Positions 29,901-39,438 of a stretch of DNA of 64,000 nucleotides are shown piece by piece. The stretch comes from an uncultured delta proteobacterium. Lineage in GTDB: Bacteria > Desulfobacterota > BSN033 > UBA1163. The notes under the pieces were generated by a model. That model was given only the letters and a program-made list of their open reading frames with translations. It was not told the origin of the DNA and ran no database searches. The position numbers were made by a program, and so were the translations under genes. The stretch is from assembly GCA_963827685.1 (NCBI GenBank), contig CAWHBU010000001.1:128001-192000 (forward strand), in the 5' to 3' direction. Each line of letters starts with the position of its first letter. The stretch's first letter is position 1.

Positions 29901-30522
29901 GAGTGACGATCTGTCGCTTCACCTCGGCAATGATATCCTGAATTCGGAGAAGGTTCTGTTGCGTGGCCTCCATCTTCATCAAGGCGAGTCTTTTCCTTTC
30001 CTTGTATTTGGCAATGCCCGCCGCCTCTTCGATCAAGAAACGCCGATCCTGGGGATTGGCATTGATGAGATGTTCTACCCTTCCCTGTTCCACAATCGAA
30101 TAACCGTTCACTCCGATACCAGTGTCCAAGAAAAGATCGGTGATGTCTCGCAATCGGCAAGGCACTTTATTAATCAAGTATTCACTTTCTCCCGATCGAT
30201 AAAGCCTCCGGGTGACCGTAATCTCACTGTACTGCCCATATTCTTCGGGGGCCAATCCATCTTCATTGGCGAAAGTCAAATTTACCTCTGCCATCCCCAA
30301 AGGTTTTCTGCCGTCCGTCCCATTGAAGATGACATCCTCCATTAACCTTCCCCGTAAATGTTTGGCGCTCCGTTCCCCAATGGCCCAGAGCACCGCATCG
30401 ACGACGTTCGACTTCCCACAACCGTTGGGACCCACAATCGTCGTGATCCCCCCCGGAAAACTAAGGTGGAGACGATCCACAAAGGATTTGAATCCAATCA
30501 CTTCAAGTGATTTCAGCTTCAT
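26971..30522 (-). CDS. smc: Chromosome segregation protein SMC
   Basis: GFKSF, GPNGCGKSN, coiled coils, hinge, LSGGE, LLDEVDAPLD. Confidence 0.97.
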   Translation of the reverse strand: MKLKSLEVIGFKSFVDRLHLSFPGGITTIVGPNGCGKSNVVDAVLWAIGERSAKHLRGRLMEDVIFNGTDGRKPLGMAEVNLTFANEDGLAPEEYGQYSEITVTRRLYRSGESEYLINKVPCRLRDITDLFLDTGIGVNGYSIVEQGRVEHLINANPQDRRFLIEEAAGIAKYKERKRLALMKMEATQQNLLRIQDIIAEVKRQIVTLERQVKRAEEYKAIRKEVKEIEIRFALQEYAELSEKGEAARGYLKALRDREMEISTQNAQKEAFVETKRLKGMEEEERLRNLQQEIFELGRKIQKTESEIEFFRREEGGFQKQESQFVEEVRESLRAWRDTRKERKRMEQVQRDLEEERHENEEILKELEIVFGDFRATHQELSDELEAEKGKLIDTLTQLTSLKNRLAHLEERKEDLQKRIRSNDEESEEVNRKLKQLEEATSEKIKEREHVLSVQSIYQEEKVRWEGEIEGLKEVLRLRQAERSVLEETLRQDRSRYHSLKELQENYEGYEKGVRSLLLRKKEEQETWKGMLGAVADILEPEPKYEIPLEAVLGQRLQYLIVEGEKEGMEAMAFLKRESLGRGSFIPRGVQGIGTENRVSQEEGKPYPLSRFVKVKEGFDPIAQFLIGDVGVVERWEEALHWMKNGGGFGTLVTLEGDILQSSGVISGGSRDQGLGLLERRREIRGLEQRVKELEEECRKAYEEEERLQKEISEREDQLEGRRKEIQEKEIELLHQDRDLEGLKKEISQFHQKMEVIQFEQKQLEEENQDLEKEKEEVSAQTETEEAAKKEREEQVQSWKKKVEEVREGTEELGGKITEKKVILASIEEKQKGLEGRIQNLSETQRTLREQIFKKVKGIRECRGEAISLREKIQQWEGELESGLQQHRHKEELLATQKEKVETLFSEWKEVEASSKYLRRELEEVRQKIHEEEILASEVQLKLSHLQESMKERYGATLSTSIGASLEESPKEEMSRRLGELKSSLEGFGEVNLMAIEEYQELKQRHDFLSEQQADLHQALDSLKKAILRINRTTTKRFLEAFHLVNEKFKEVFTRLFKGGQASLIMLDEQDPATTGIDIIAQPAGKKLQNIDLLSGGEKALVATALLFGLFMIKPTPFCLLDEVDAPLDDANINRFIELVKEFSKTSQFIMITHNKNTMEAAHTLYGITMETPGVSKVVSVRLN

Positions 30523-30544
30523 GCGCTCATCTCCGATGACAAGA

Positions 30545-30715
30545 TCCAATCACCCAATTCGAATCCCGCCAAGGCGGGACCAAATAAATTCCAGTTACCC
30601 AATGTCCAAACAACCCACACACCTTTCGCGTCTTTTTTTCCAAAAATTCGGCCATTCCTGCCTGCCGGCAGGCAGGGGAATCTTGGTCATGAGTTGATGA
30701 CGGGTGTTTGGAAAT
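30545..30715. repeat. Degenerate 7-nt periodic IR element with nested palindromes
   Basis: CCAATCACCCAAT..CAAATAAATTCCAGTTACCCAATGTCCAAAC; TCCCGCCAAGGCGGGA; CCTGCCTGCCGGCAGGCAGG at 30657-30676. Confidence 0.7.
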
Positions 30716-30733
30716 GGCTTATTTAAATTCAAA

Positions 30734-32272
30734 TCAATTCGATTTTTCAATATATTCAATCGCTCTTTGGAGCCGTTTGATCACCGCTGTTCTACCCAGA
30801 ACCTCCATCACCTCGTCAATGGGAGGGCTAACGGTTCTCCCGGTGAGGGCCACCCGAATGGGCTGGGCAATCTTCACTAAAGGCTCTCCTCGCGTTTCAG
30901 CCAATTGTTGGATCAGTCGATGAGCATTCTCTTTTCCCAAAACCGATTCCTTCGCGGTCGGGTACGACCCGTCATCGAAAAACTTATCCGGATCTATTTT
31001 CTCAGCGATTTGGTCTGGTGTCAGACCGCTCTCGGATAACTTCTTAATCTCTTCTGTCAAACCCCTTATTGGGTTAACTCCAATCGATAGAGAAGCAATG
31101 ACCTGGTTGAATATCGGGATCGTCTCTCGGCTCAGAAATTTTCCGGCCGCTTTTTCATCATAAGTGATCTCTTCACAGAAGTAAAATTCTGAAAGCTCTG
31201 CCATCTCCACCAGGGTCTTGACTCTCTCTCTGAAAGAGAGAATGGCCTTTCTCAAAAGATCAGGATCGATGTTCGAATAGCCCTTGGCTTCGATAAAAGG
31301 CCGAACTCTCTGAACCAGTTCGTCCAATTCTATTTTCTTGATATACTGCGAGTTGAGCCAATCCAACTTCCCAGGATTGATCGCCGCTGCAGATCTCCCC
31401 ACTGCCTCCAGGCTGAATTTCTCGATCAGCTCCTCACGGGCGAATTCTTCCTGATCGCCGTAGGACCATCCCAGGCGGACCAAGTAATTGACAACAGCTT
31501 GAGGAAGATAGCCCAGCTTCTTATACTCCATGACCGATTGTGCCCCATGTCGTTTAGAAAGTTTTTTCTTATCCGGACCGAGGATCATCGGGACATGACC
31601 GAATTGGGGGATAGGGTAACCCAAGGCTTGATAAATCTGAAGCTGACGGGGGGTGTTGTTCAGATGGTCGTTTCCTCGTATGACATGCGTGACCCCCATG
31701 GTGGCATCGTCCACCACCACCGAAAAATTGTAAGTAGGGAGCCCGTCACTTCTCAGGATGATGAGGTCATCCAGTTCGGTATTGTCAAATTCCACCCGCC
31801 CTTGAATAAGATCCTCCACCACTGTCTTTCCTCCATCTGGAGAGAGGAAGCGGATGGCAGAAGGTTTTCCAGGAGGAAAGGATTTTCGATGAAGACATGT
31901 TCGATCGTATTTAGGCTTGATGCCGGCCTTCAGGGCGGCTTCCCGCTTTGTCTCCAACTCTTCTGGTGTACAGTAACAACGGTAAGCTTTCCCCTCTTTC
32001 AAGAGTTTCTCTGCGGCCTCCTGATAGAACGAAATCCGTTGAGTCTGAAAAAACGGACCTTCATCCCAATCCATTCCCAGCCAGGCCATAGCATCCAAGA
32101 TCACTTGGATCGATTCCTGAGTGGATCGGGCCACATCCGTGTCTTCAATGCGAAGGATGAAGACCCCCTGGGCATGCCGGGCCAGTAGCCAATTGAATAG
32201 AGCGGTCCGTGCCCCTCCGATATGGAGATCGCCCGTCGGGCTGGGTGCAAATCTTGTCCTCACCTGTGTCAC
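30734..32272 (-). CDS. gltX: Glutamate-tRNA ligase with about 44-aa insertion in the anticodon-binding domain
   Basis: RFAPSPTGDLHIGG, LRIEDTD, KLSKR, PIRVALTG; GTG start approximate. Confidence 0.95.
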   Translation of the reverse strand: MTQVRTRFAPSPTGDLHIGGARTALFNWLLARHAQGVFILRIEDTDVARSTQESIQVILDAMAWLGMDWDEGPFFQTQRISFYQEAAEKLLKEGKAYRCYCTPEELETKREAALKAGIKPKYDRTCLHRKSFPPGKPSAIRFLSPDGGKTVVEDLIQGRVEFDNTELDDLIILRSDGLPTYNFSVVVDDATMGVTHVIRGNDHLNNTPRQLQIYQALGYPIPQFGHVPMILGPDKKKLSKRHGAQSVMEYKKLGYLPQAVVNYLVRLGWSYGDQEEFAREELIEKFSLEAVGRSAAAINPGKLDWLNSQYIKKIELDELVQRVRPFIEAKGYSNIDPDLLRKAILSFRERVKTLVEMAELSEFYFCEEITYDEKAAGKFLSRETIPIFNQVIASLSIGVNPIRGLTEEIKKLSESGLTPDQIAEKIDPDKFFDDGSYPTAKESVLGKENAHRLIQQLAETRGEPLVKIAQPIRVALTGRTVSPPIDEVMEVLGRTAVIKRLQRAIEYIEKSN

Positions 32273-32310
32273 CACTCTTCTAAACCTCGTTGACAAAACA
32301 CTACATACCC

Positions 32311-32411
32311 GTCCCCTCTATCCCCTCCCGCCTGGGGAGGGGATAGTTATTCTGGAACGAATAATAAAAAAATCCCCCTCGCCCCCCTTCATGAGGTGGG
32401 GTGGGGGGATT
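32311..32411. repeat. C/G-rich hairpin repeats between alaS and gltX
   Basis: TCCCCTCCC-gcctg-GGGAGGGGA and AATCCCCC...GGGGGATT. Confidence 0.65.
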
Positions 32412-32430
32412 AGATTTCCCATTGAAGGAT

Positions 32431-35055
32431 TTAAATGAGATCGTCAATGGCCTTAAGCGCCTCGTCCAATTTCTTAGAATCGGTCCCTCCTGCCTGCGCA
32501 AAATCAGGACGACCCCCCCCAGTCCCTCCAATATGAAGGGCAATCTTTTTAATCAACTCGTTGGCACTGAAACGTTGGGTGAGGTCTGAAGTCACCCCCA
32601 TGATCAAGGAGACTTTATTTTGGTTCTGCCCTCCGAGAAGGATGATGCCTGATCCAATCTTTCCTTTCAACTGATCAACGAACTCTCTCATTCTGTTTAC
32701 ATCCTTCCCATCCACCTTGGCCGAAATGACTTTCACGCCTTTTATCTCTCTAACAAGAGAAAGAAGTCTCGAGAGCTCTTGATGGGATAGCTTGTCCTGA
32801 AAGGATGAGACCTCTCTTTCTAACTCCCTCTCCCTTTCAAGCAGCCGATCCACCTTTGAAGAAAGTTCTCCGGGAACGGATTTGAGAGAAGAGGCAATTT
32901 CCCAAAGTTCCCTCTCCTCTTCTTTAATAAATCGGTAGGCCCCTTCCCCGGTCACGGCCTCGATCCTTCTCACCCCTGCCGCGACTCCCGACTCACTGAC
33001 TATTTTAAAAAAACCGATATCGCCTGTTCTCGAGGTGTGGGTTCCTCCACAGAGTTCAATGCTGAAGTCCGAAACCATCACCACCCTGACCTTCTCACCG
33101 TACTTTTCACCAAAGAGAGCCATGGCTCCCGTCCGGAGGGCTTCCTCCACCTCCATAATCTTTGTTTCTACTCTTAAGTTCTCTCGAATTTTCTGATTGA
33201 CCAAAGCCTCCACACGCTCCTGTTCTTCCCCTTCCATCGAAGCAAAATGGGTGAAGTCAAACCTTAACCGCTCTGGTGAAACGAGAGAGCCTGCTTGATG
33301 GACATGATCTCCTAAGACTTCTCTCAAAACAGCCTGAAGAAGGTGGGTACCGGTATGGTTCAGGGTAATGGCTTTCCGGCGGTCCCCATCCACGCGGAGA
33401 ACTGCCGACATCCCTTCTTTCACCCTTCCTCTTTTTACTTTCGCCTGATGAACGATCAACTCCTCTATCGGTTTGATGGTGTTCTCCACTTCCAAAGAGA
33501 ATTCCTCATGGAAGATCACTCCTCGATCCCCTACCTGGCCACCTGCTTCTCCATAAAAGGGAGTCTTCTCTGTAACGACTTCGATCTCATCCCCTTCCAC
33601 CGCAAAAGGAACCATCTCATCGCCTTTGATCAATTTCAGAATCCTTGATTCGGATTGAATCTCTTCATATCCCAAAAAGGCCGTCTTCATCCCTTCATTC
33701 GCCAGCCGTCGATAGACCCCCCTTGCTCTTCCCTCACCGATTCCCAGCCCTGCCTGCTTACTCTTATGCTTCTGATCCTCCATCTGTGCTCTGAAACCCG
33801 CTTCATCAAAACTCATCCCTTTCTCTTGAAGAATCTCCGCTGTCAGGTCGAGGGGGAATCCATACGTATCATAAAGCCTGAAGGCTACCTCTCCGGGAAG
33901 AATCGCCTTTCCTCCCTTCTGAAGTTTTTCCAACTCCTCTCGCAGAATTTTTAGCCCTGAATCGAGGGTCTCAGAGAAACGCTCCTCCTCATTTTGGATA
34001 ACCTTTGAAACAATGGCTTCCGTCTCCCTCAGTTCTGGATAGGCTTGTTTCATCAGATCTACGACTTTGGAAGCAGTTCGATAGAGAAAAGGACCATCGA
34101 TTCCAAGCATCTTTCCATGGCGCATCGCCCTTCTCATGATTCGACGAAGCACGTATCCCCTGCCCTCGTTGGAGGGAAGAACTCCGTCGCTGATCAGAAA
34201 GGTTGCCGCTCGGCTATGGTCAGCGATCACTTTAAGGGAGGTGTCGGCCCGATGGTCTTGTCCATAGGAAATATGGCTGATCATTTCGATTTCTTTGAAA
34301 ATGGGTTTGAAGAGATCGGTCTCGTAGTTACTCTTAACCCCATGAAGGATGGCAGAAATCCTTTCCAGCCCCATCCCCGTATCAATACAAGGTTTGGCCA
34401 GAGGTTGAAGTTTACCCTTTGAATCACGATTGAATTGCATGAAGACGAGATTCCAGAGTTCCAAAAATCGGTCGCAATCGCATCCCACACGACAGTCGGG
34501 GCGCCCGCAACCCACTCCCTCGCCTTGGTCAATCACGATCTCCGAACAAGGACCACACGGCCCTGTCTCACCCATGGCCCAGAAGTTGTCTTTCTCCCCT
34601 AACCGGACAATTCGGTCTCCCGGGACCCCAACTCTCTTCCAGAGGGGAAAAGCCTCTTCATCATCCAAATAGATGGTGATCCACATCTTCTCCACGGGCA
34701 ATCCCCATTGGCGGATAAGGAAGTCCCATCCCATTTCAATGGCCTCTTTCTTGAAATAGTCCCCGAAGGAGAAGTTCCCTAACATCTCGAAGAAGGTATG
34801 GTGGCGAGCGGTCTTTCCCACAATTTCCAGATCATTATGTTTTCCGCCGGCACGAACACACTTTTGGGAGGTGGCGGCCCGTTTGTAGTCCCGGGTCTCT
34901 TCGGCTAAAAAAACCCCTTTGAATTGAACCATTCCGGCATTGGTGAAAAGCAGGGTGGGATCGTTTTTGGGAACCAATGAGGAGCTTCGAACAATCCGGT
35001 GTCCCCTCTCCTCAAAGAAATTGAGAAAGGCCCTTCGAATCTCGTCAGAGGTCAT
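32431..35055 (-). CDS. alaS: Alanine-tRNA ligase
   Basis: LLFTNAGMVQFK, HHTFFEMLGNFSFGDYFK, HTGTHLL, ELCGGTH, GGGRPDFAQAGG. Confidence 0.98.
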   Translation of the reverse strand: MTSDEIRRAFLNFFEERGHRIVRSSSLVPKNDPTLLFTNAGMVQFKGVFLAEETRDYKRAATSQKCVRAGGKHNDLEIVGKTARHHTFFEMLGNFSFGDYFKKEAIEMGWDFLIRQWGLPVEKMWITIYLDDEEAFPLWKRVGVPGDRIVRLGEKDNFWAMGETGPCGPCSEIVIDQGEGVGCGRPDCRVGCDCDRFLELWNLVFMQFNRDSKGKLQPLAKPCIDTGMGLERISAILHGVKSNYETDLFKPIFKEIEMISHISYGQDHRADTSLKVIADHSRAATFLISDGVLPSNEGRGYVLRRIMRRAMRHGKMLGIDGPFLYRTASKVVDLMKQAYPELRETEAIVSKVIQNEEERFSETLDSGLKILREELEKLQKGGKAILPGEVAFRLYDTYGFPLDLTAEILQEKGMSFDEAGFRAQMEDQKHKSKQAGLGIGEGRARGVYRRLANEGMKTAFLGYEEIQSESRILKLIKGDEMVPFAVEGDEIEVVTEKTPFYGEAGGQVGDRGVIFHEEFSLEVENTIKPIEELIVHQAKVKRGRVKEGMSAVLRVDGDRRKAITLNHTGTHLLQAVLREVLGDHVHQAGSLVSPERLRFDFTHFASMEGEEQERVEALVNQKIRENLRVETKIMEVEEALRTGAMALFGEKYGEKVRVVMVSDFSIELCGGTHTSRTGDIGFFKIVSESGVAAGVRRIEAVTGEGAYRFIKEEERELWEIASSLKSVPGELSSKVDRLLERERELEREVSSFQDKLSHQELSRLLSLVREIKGVKVISAKVDGKDVNRMREFVDQLKGKIGSGIILLGGQNQNKVSLIMGVTSDLTQRFSANELIKKIALHIGGTGGGRPDFAQAGGTDSKKLDEALKAIDDLI

Positions 35056-36269
35056 TGTTTAAAACCTGTCCCCCTTCGGCCATCCATTTTTGGATCCAAG
35101 GGCTTTGCGACCTTCAACTTCTTCTCTTCTGCTGTCCCCTTCTCTTTCTCTTTTTCTTTCTCTAACATCTCAAAATCCTCCCAACCGGCGTCGCTCGCAG
35201 CGAGAATTCCCTTCACCCTCAGAGCAAAGTCGTCCGGATTGGTGCAGTGTTTGAGGGCCTCATCATAAGTAACCAACCCCTCCTTCATTAAAAACATCAG
35301 TGACTGATCGAAGGATTGCATCCCGTAACTGGTGACTCCTCGGGCGATGGCGTCATTAATCTCATTGGTCTTATCCTTTTCGACAATGCACTCCCTCACC
35401 CTTGCCGTGGAGACCAGGACTTCCACCGCAGGGACTCTTCCCATTCCATCTACCCTGGGCACCAATCTTTGGGAGATGACACCTTTCAGAATACCCGAGA
35501 GCTGAAGCCTAACTTGTTTTTGATGATAGGGGGGGAAGACGGAGATAATTCGGGTGATCGTCTCCGTGGCATTTAATGTATGGAGCGTGGACATGACCAG
35601 ATGTCCTGTCTCGGCAGCGGTCAGGGCTGTCTCGATCGTCTCAAAATCCCGCATCTCACCGACTAAGATCACATCTGGATCCTGCCGGAGGGCCACTCGC
35701 AAGGCGCTGGAAAAGGTGCTCGTATCTGAACCGACCTCCCTTTGATCCACGATCGATTTCTTATCTTCGTGGACAAATTCGATAGGGTCCTCGATAGTGA
35801 TGATATGGCAATTCCGTTCTTCGTTGATGATATTAATCATCGAGGCCAAAGTCGTGGACTTTCCGCTTCCGGTCGTTCCTGTAACAAGAACGAGACCTCT
35901 CTGCTCTAAAGAAATGCTTCTGAGCACAGGAGGGAGATGAAGGTCCTCCAGTCCCTTAATCTGGTAAGGCACGATTCGGAGGGCAATCCTGAGCTTTCCT
36001 CTCTGCTGAAAGACGTTGACTCGAAACCGCCCCATACCGTAGACCTCGTAACCCATGTCTACCTCTCGATTCTTGATAAACCGCTCCTTCTGCCAATCGT
36101 TCATCAGACCGAAGGCCATCTTCGACAAATCATTATGATCGAAGGGCTTCGATTGATTCCAGGGTCTCAAGGTGCCATTGACTCTGAAGATCGGGGGAGC
36201 CCCCTCCTTGATATGAACGTCAGAGGCTTCCTGGGAAAGGGCTTCCAAAAGGATCTGATTTAAATCCAT
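35052..36269 (-). CDS. pilT: PilT/PilU family retraction ATPase
   Basis: ASDVHI, GTTGSGKSTT, TIEDPIE, LRQDPDVILVGEMRD, GMQSFD. Confidence 0.92.
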   Translation of the reverse strand: MDLNQILLEALSQEASDVHIKEGAPPIFRVNGTLRPWNQSKPFDHNDLSKMAFGLMNDWQKERFIKNREVDMGYEVYGMGRFRVNVFQQRGKLRIALRIVPYQIKGLEDLHLPPVLRSISLEQRGLVLVTGTTGSGKSTTLASMINIINEERNCHIITIEDPIEFVHEDKKSIVDQREVGSDTSTFSSALRVALRQDPDVILVGEMRDFETIETALTAAETGHLVMSTLHTLNATETITRIISVFPPYHQKQVRLQLSGILKGVISQRLVPRVDGMGRVPAVEVLVSTARVRECIVEKDKTNEINDAIARGVTSYGMQSFDQSLMFLMKEGLVTYDEALKHCTNPDDFALRVKGILAASDAGWEDFEMLEKEKEKEKGTAEEKKLKVAKPLDPKMDGRRGTGFKQ

Positions 36270-36288
36270 CTTCTTCTCCTTCCTTGTC

Positions 36289-37329
36289 TCATCCCATCGA
36301 TCCCGCTCTGGCGATGCGAAAGTTCTCAAGGATCTCTTTCTCCATCTGCTCCAGGACCTTGGGATTCTCTTTCAAAAACTGCTTTGCGTTCTCCCTTCCC
36401 TGACCGATGCGTTGGCCACCATAGGCATACCAGGTCCCGCTCTTCTCAACGATATTCTTTTCCGCAGCCAAGTCGAGGACATCTCCCTCTCTTGAAATAC
36501 CCTCTCCGTGAATGAGGTCGAACTCTACCTCTTTGAACGGAGGGGCCACTTTGTTCTTCACCACGCGAACCTTTGTCCGGCTGCCGATCACCTCCTGGCC
36601 CTGTTTGATGGAAGCGATTCGCCGAATATCGAGCCGAACAGACGAGTAAAATTTGAGGGCATTGCCTCCGGTGGTCGTCTCCGGATTTCCGAACATGATC
36701 CCGATTTTCATCCGAATCTGGTTGACAAAGACCACGATCGTATTCGACTTGCTGATGGTGGCAGTCAATTTTCTCAGGGCTTGAGACATCAGTCTGGCCT
36801 GAAGCCCCATATGGGCATCGCCCATGTCCCCTTCAATCTCCGCTTTGGGGACAAGGGCAGCCACAGAGTCGACGACGATCACATCCACGGCGCCACTGCG
36901 AACCAGGATCTCTGTAATCTCCAATGCCTGTTCCCCCGTGTCAGGCTGGGAGATGAGAAGGTCGTCGATTTTTACGCCCAACTTATTTGCGTATTTAACA
37001 TCTAAGGCATGTTCTGCATCAATGAAAGCAGCAATGCCTCCCTTCTTCTGTGCTTCCGCAACGACATGGAGGGCTAATGTCGTTTTGCCTGAAGCCTCTG
37101 GGCCGAAAATCTCCACCACCCGTCCTTTCGGCAATCCTCCAACCCCCAGGGCAAGATCTAAGGAGAGGGATCCTGTGGAGATGATGGGAATTTCTCCGAG
37201 CATTGCATCCGCACCCAATTTCATAATGGCGCCTTTCCCGTACTGCCTTTCGATCTGGGTGACGGCTAATTCCACTGCCTTACCTTTACTCGAATCTACT
37301 TTTTGATCTACTTTTGAATCTACTTTCAT
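36289..37329 (-). CDS. recA: Recombinase A
   Basis: [37 protein letters not shown]; start at MKVDS after AGGAGG. Confidence 0.98.
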   Translation of the reverse strand: MKVDSKVDQKVDSSKGKAVELAVTQIERQYGKGAIMKLGADAMLGEIPIISTGSLSLDLALGVGGLPKGRVVEIFGPEASGKTTLALHVVAEAQKKGGIAAFIDAEHALDVKYANKLGVKIDDLLISQPDTGEQALEITEILVRSGAVDVIVVDSVAALVPKAEIEGDMGDAHMGLQARLMSQALRKLTATISKSNTIVVFVNQIRMKIGIMFGNPETTTGGNALKFYSSVRLDIRRIASIKQGQEVIGSRTKVRVVKNKVAPPFKEVEFDLIHGEGISREGDVLDLAAEKNIVEKSGTWYAYGGQRIGQGRENAKQFLKENPKVLEQMEKEILENFRIARAGSMG

Positions 37330-37360
37330 CAACCCTCCTTTCCCCCGACAAGTCGGCGGA

Positions 37361-37530
37361 AATTCCAAGCTCCAAATTACAAATCCCAAATAAATTCCAA
37401 ATTTCAATATCAAATGACCAAAATGGCTTTATTGGGAATTTTGAATTTTGGTCATTGGGAATTATTTGTCATTTGGCCTGCCTGCGCGAAGCCGCTTCGG
37501 CGAAGGCAGGCGCTTGGGATTTGATGCTTA
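37361..37530. repeat. 7-nt periodic IR element (NNCAAAT)n...(ATTTGNN)n with nested CCTGCC variant
   Basis: AAATTCCAAGCTCCAAATTACAAATCCCAAATAAATTCCAAA...TTTGGTCATTGGGAATTATTTGTCATTTGG; insert at 37477-37510. Confidence 0.85.
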
Positions 37531-37534
37531 TTCT

Positions 37535-38101
37535 TTATCTCCCTCCTAATTTCACATCTCCTAATAGTGTATAAATCGGACCCGAAGGTTTCAAATCGCT
37601 TTTAAATAAGACCACCCGCTCCACTTGAAAATCTCCAAACTCCTCCTCTTTATGTTTCTCCATCCTCCCCACCAACTCCTCTTTCCCTCGGCTCGATTTC
37701 ATCCTTCCCAGGGTCAGGTGAGGATGGAAGGGGCGATCTTCAGGTTGAAATCCAATTCTTTCTAATTGAGTCTCTATCTGTTTCTGAAGCGAAGTGAGGA
37801 CTTCCCTCCCGTTTACAAATCCCATCCAGATCACCCTTGGGTTTTTCAAATGGGGGAAGGCCCCTATCCCTTGAACCTTGATAGAAAATGGTAAAGTGTT
37901 CTGAATGGGTTCTTCAATTGATTTGAAGATGGAATCAATCCTCGACTCTTCAATGTTTCCAAAGAATTTTAGAGTGAGGTGGATCCTTTCGGGACTCACC
38001 CACCGCACATCTGCGTGAGTTGACCTTAAGTCTCCCTGAACCTCCTCGATCTTTCCAAGGATCGGTTTCGGAAGCTCAATTGCCAGAAAGGATCGGATCA
38101 A
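37535..38101 (-). CDS. thpR: RNA 2',3'-cyclic phosphodiesterase (2H family)
   Basis: Two HLTL motifs (IHLTLKF, HPHLTLGR), PRVIW; position before recA. Confidence 0.93.
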   Translation of the reverse strand: MIRSFLAIELPKPILGKIEEVQGDLRSTHADVRWVSPERIHLTLKFFGNIEESRIDSIFKSIEEPIQNTLPFSIKVQGIGAFPHLKNPRVIWMGFVNGREVLTSLQKQIETQLERIGFQPEDRPFHPHLTLGRMKSSRGKEELVGRMEKHKEEEFGDFQVERVVLFKSDLKPSGPIYTLLGDVKLGGR

Positions 38102-38182
38102 TCAAAAACCCCTTCAATATTGAGATGATGTTAACATAACTATAAAAAAAGTCAATGAGAAAAACCCCTTGGAAGTACTAAC

Positions 38183-38217
38183 AAAAAGGCCTGTCACACT
38201 TGTTCCGGTGACAGGCC
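38183..38217 (-). terminator. Intrinsic terminator after dapA
   Basis: GGCCTGTCAC/GTGACAGGCC 10-bp stem followed by TTTTT on the minus strand. Confidence 0.8.
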
Positions 38218-38249
38218 CTTCTTACCATTTGTCTCATACCATCAATCGA

Positions 38250-39275
38250 TTATTTCCAATAACGATCGTTGGAGAGACGCTCCTCGATATTGATTTTATA
38301 AAATTCTTGAAGAGGCCTGAATACTTCTTTATCCTTTCCATAAACCTCTTTAAGGGCATTTCTAACAACCTCCATCCCTTTTAACGTCATCTTTCCAAGA
38401 GGTGGACGGCACGGCCCGGCTGGTAATCCAAGGCCTTTCATCATCGTCTTGATTGCTAAAGGGTTTCTAAATTTACATGGGACATCAAATCCCTCATAAG
38501 ATTCGACGGTATTGACCGTCACCACTTTGAAAAGAGGATCCAGAATATCTTTCAGCCGATTGGCCCTCTCCATATTTCCATTCTGTATGGCCTTGACCAT
38601 CTCCCCGATGGGGCCTGGAACGATATTTGACGTTACCGAGACCACTCCAGAGGCACGAATGTCATTTCGGGTCATCATCGCAAAGGTTATATCATCATCT
38701 CCCGAAAGAATATCAAAGTCCTCTCCACATAAGGTTCTCGTTTTGGCCATCCGCTCGAGATCTCCGGTGGCCTCTTTCACCGACCTCACATTCTTGAACT
38801 TGCGATGAAGGATGGCCAGGTCCTCCACCTCCAATTTCGTTCCTGTCCTTCCGGGGACGACGTAGGGCATGATGAAGGCCCTGCGGAACGCCTTTGCAAT
38901 CACTTCATAGTACTGGGTCCTCAATTCAAGAGAGGATGGCCCATTATAATAGCAATCTACAAGTAGGACCCCGTGGGCTCCGACCTCCATGGCATGTTTT
39001 GTTCCTCGAAGCGACTCTCTCGTGGAATTGGAACCCGTCCCTGCCATGACAAAGGCTTTAGCTTTTGCCACCTTAGCTGTCTTCGTAATCACCCGATCGT
39101 GTTCTTTCCAGTCCAAAGTCGGAGATTCGCCTGTCGTCCCAGTGGGGATGAGGTTTGCTCCGTTTTCTATCTGGAACTGAATGTTCTTTTCGAGACCTTC
39201 AAAATCGACCTCCCCTTTCCGATTAAACGGTGTCACCATCGCTGTCCAACAACCCTCAAACCTCTCGAGTTTCAT
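38250..39275 (-). CDS. dapA: 4-hydroxy-tetrahydrodipicolinate synthase family protein
   Basis: TAMVTPF, GTTGESPTL, AGTGSNST, YVVPGRTG, VKEATGD, LSGDD. Confidence 0.88.
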   Translation of the reverse strand: MKLERFEGCWTAMVTPFNRKGEVDFEGLEKNIQFQIENGANLIPTGTTGESPTLDWKEHDRVITKTAKVAKAKAFVMAGTGSNSTRESLRGTKHAMEVGAHGVLLVDCYYNGPSSLELRTQYYEVIAKAFRRAFIMPYVVPGRTGTKLEVEDLAILHRKFKNVRSVKEATGDLERMAKTRTLCGEDFDILSGDDDITFAMMTRNDIRASGVVSVTSNIVPGPIGEMVKAIQNGNMERANRLKDILDPLFKVVTVNTVESYEGFDVPCKFRNPLAIKTMMKGLGLPAGPCRPPLGKMTLKGMEVVRNALKEVYGKDKEVFRPLQEFYKINIEERLSNDRYWK

Positions 39276-39292
39276 CTCTGCCTCCTCCTCTC

Positions 39293-39388
39293 GTAGCGCC
39301 CCCATTTATTGCCTGCCTGCGGTAGGCAGGGGGGCGACTTAATCGTCAGCAGTACCTGCCTGCCGGTAGGTAGGAATGCCGCCGCTAC
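39293..39388. repeat. GTAG-type REP doublet, both loops invaded by CCTGCC palindromes
   Basis: GTAGCGCCCCCATTTATTG[insert]GGGGCG ... CGTCAGCAGTA[insert]AATGCCGCCGCTAC; uninterrupted version at 44594-44650. Confidence 0.85.
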
Positions 39389-39438
39389 ATTCTTCTTCTA
39401 TTATGAAGCAATAGAAAAAAATTTCAAGAAAAAATTAT

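Noticed and set aside
29389-30345. Long antisense ORFs opposite smc (also opposite gyrA, gyrB, gltX, bzdN/O)
   Set aside because: Fully overlap confident genes on the other strand and have F/L/S-rich shadow composition.
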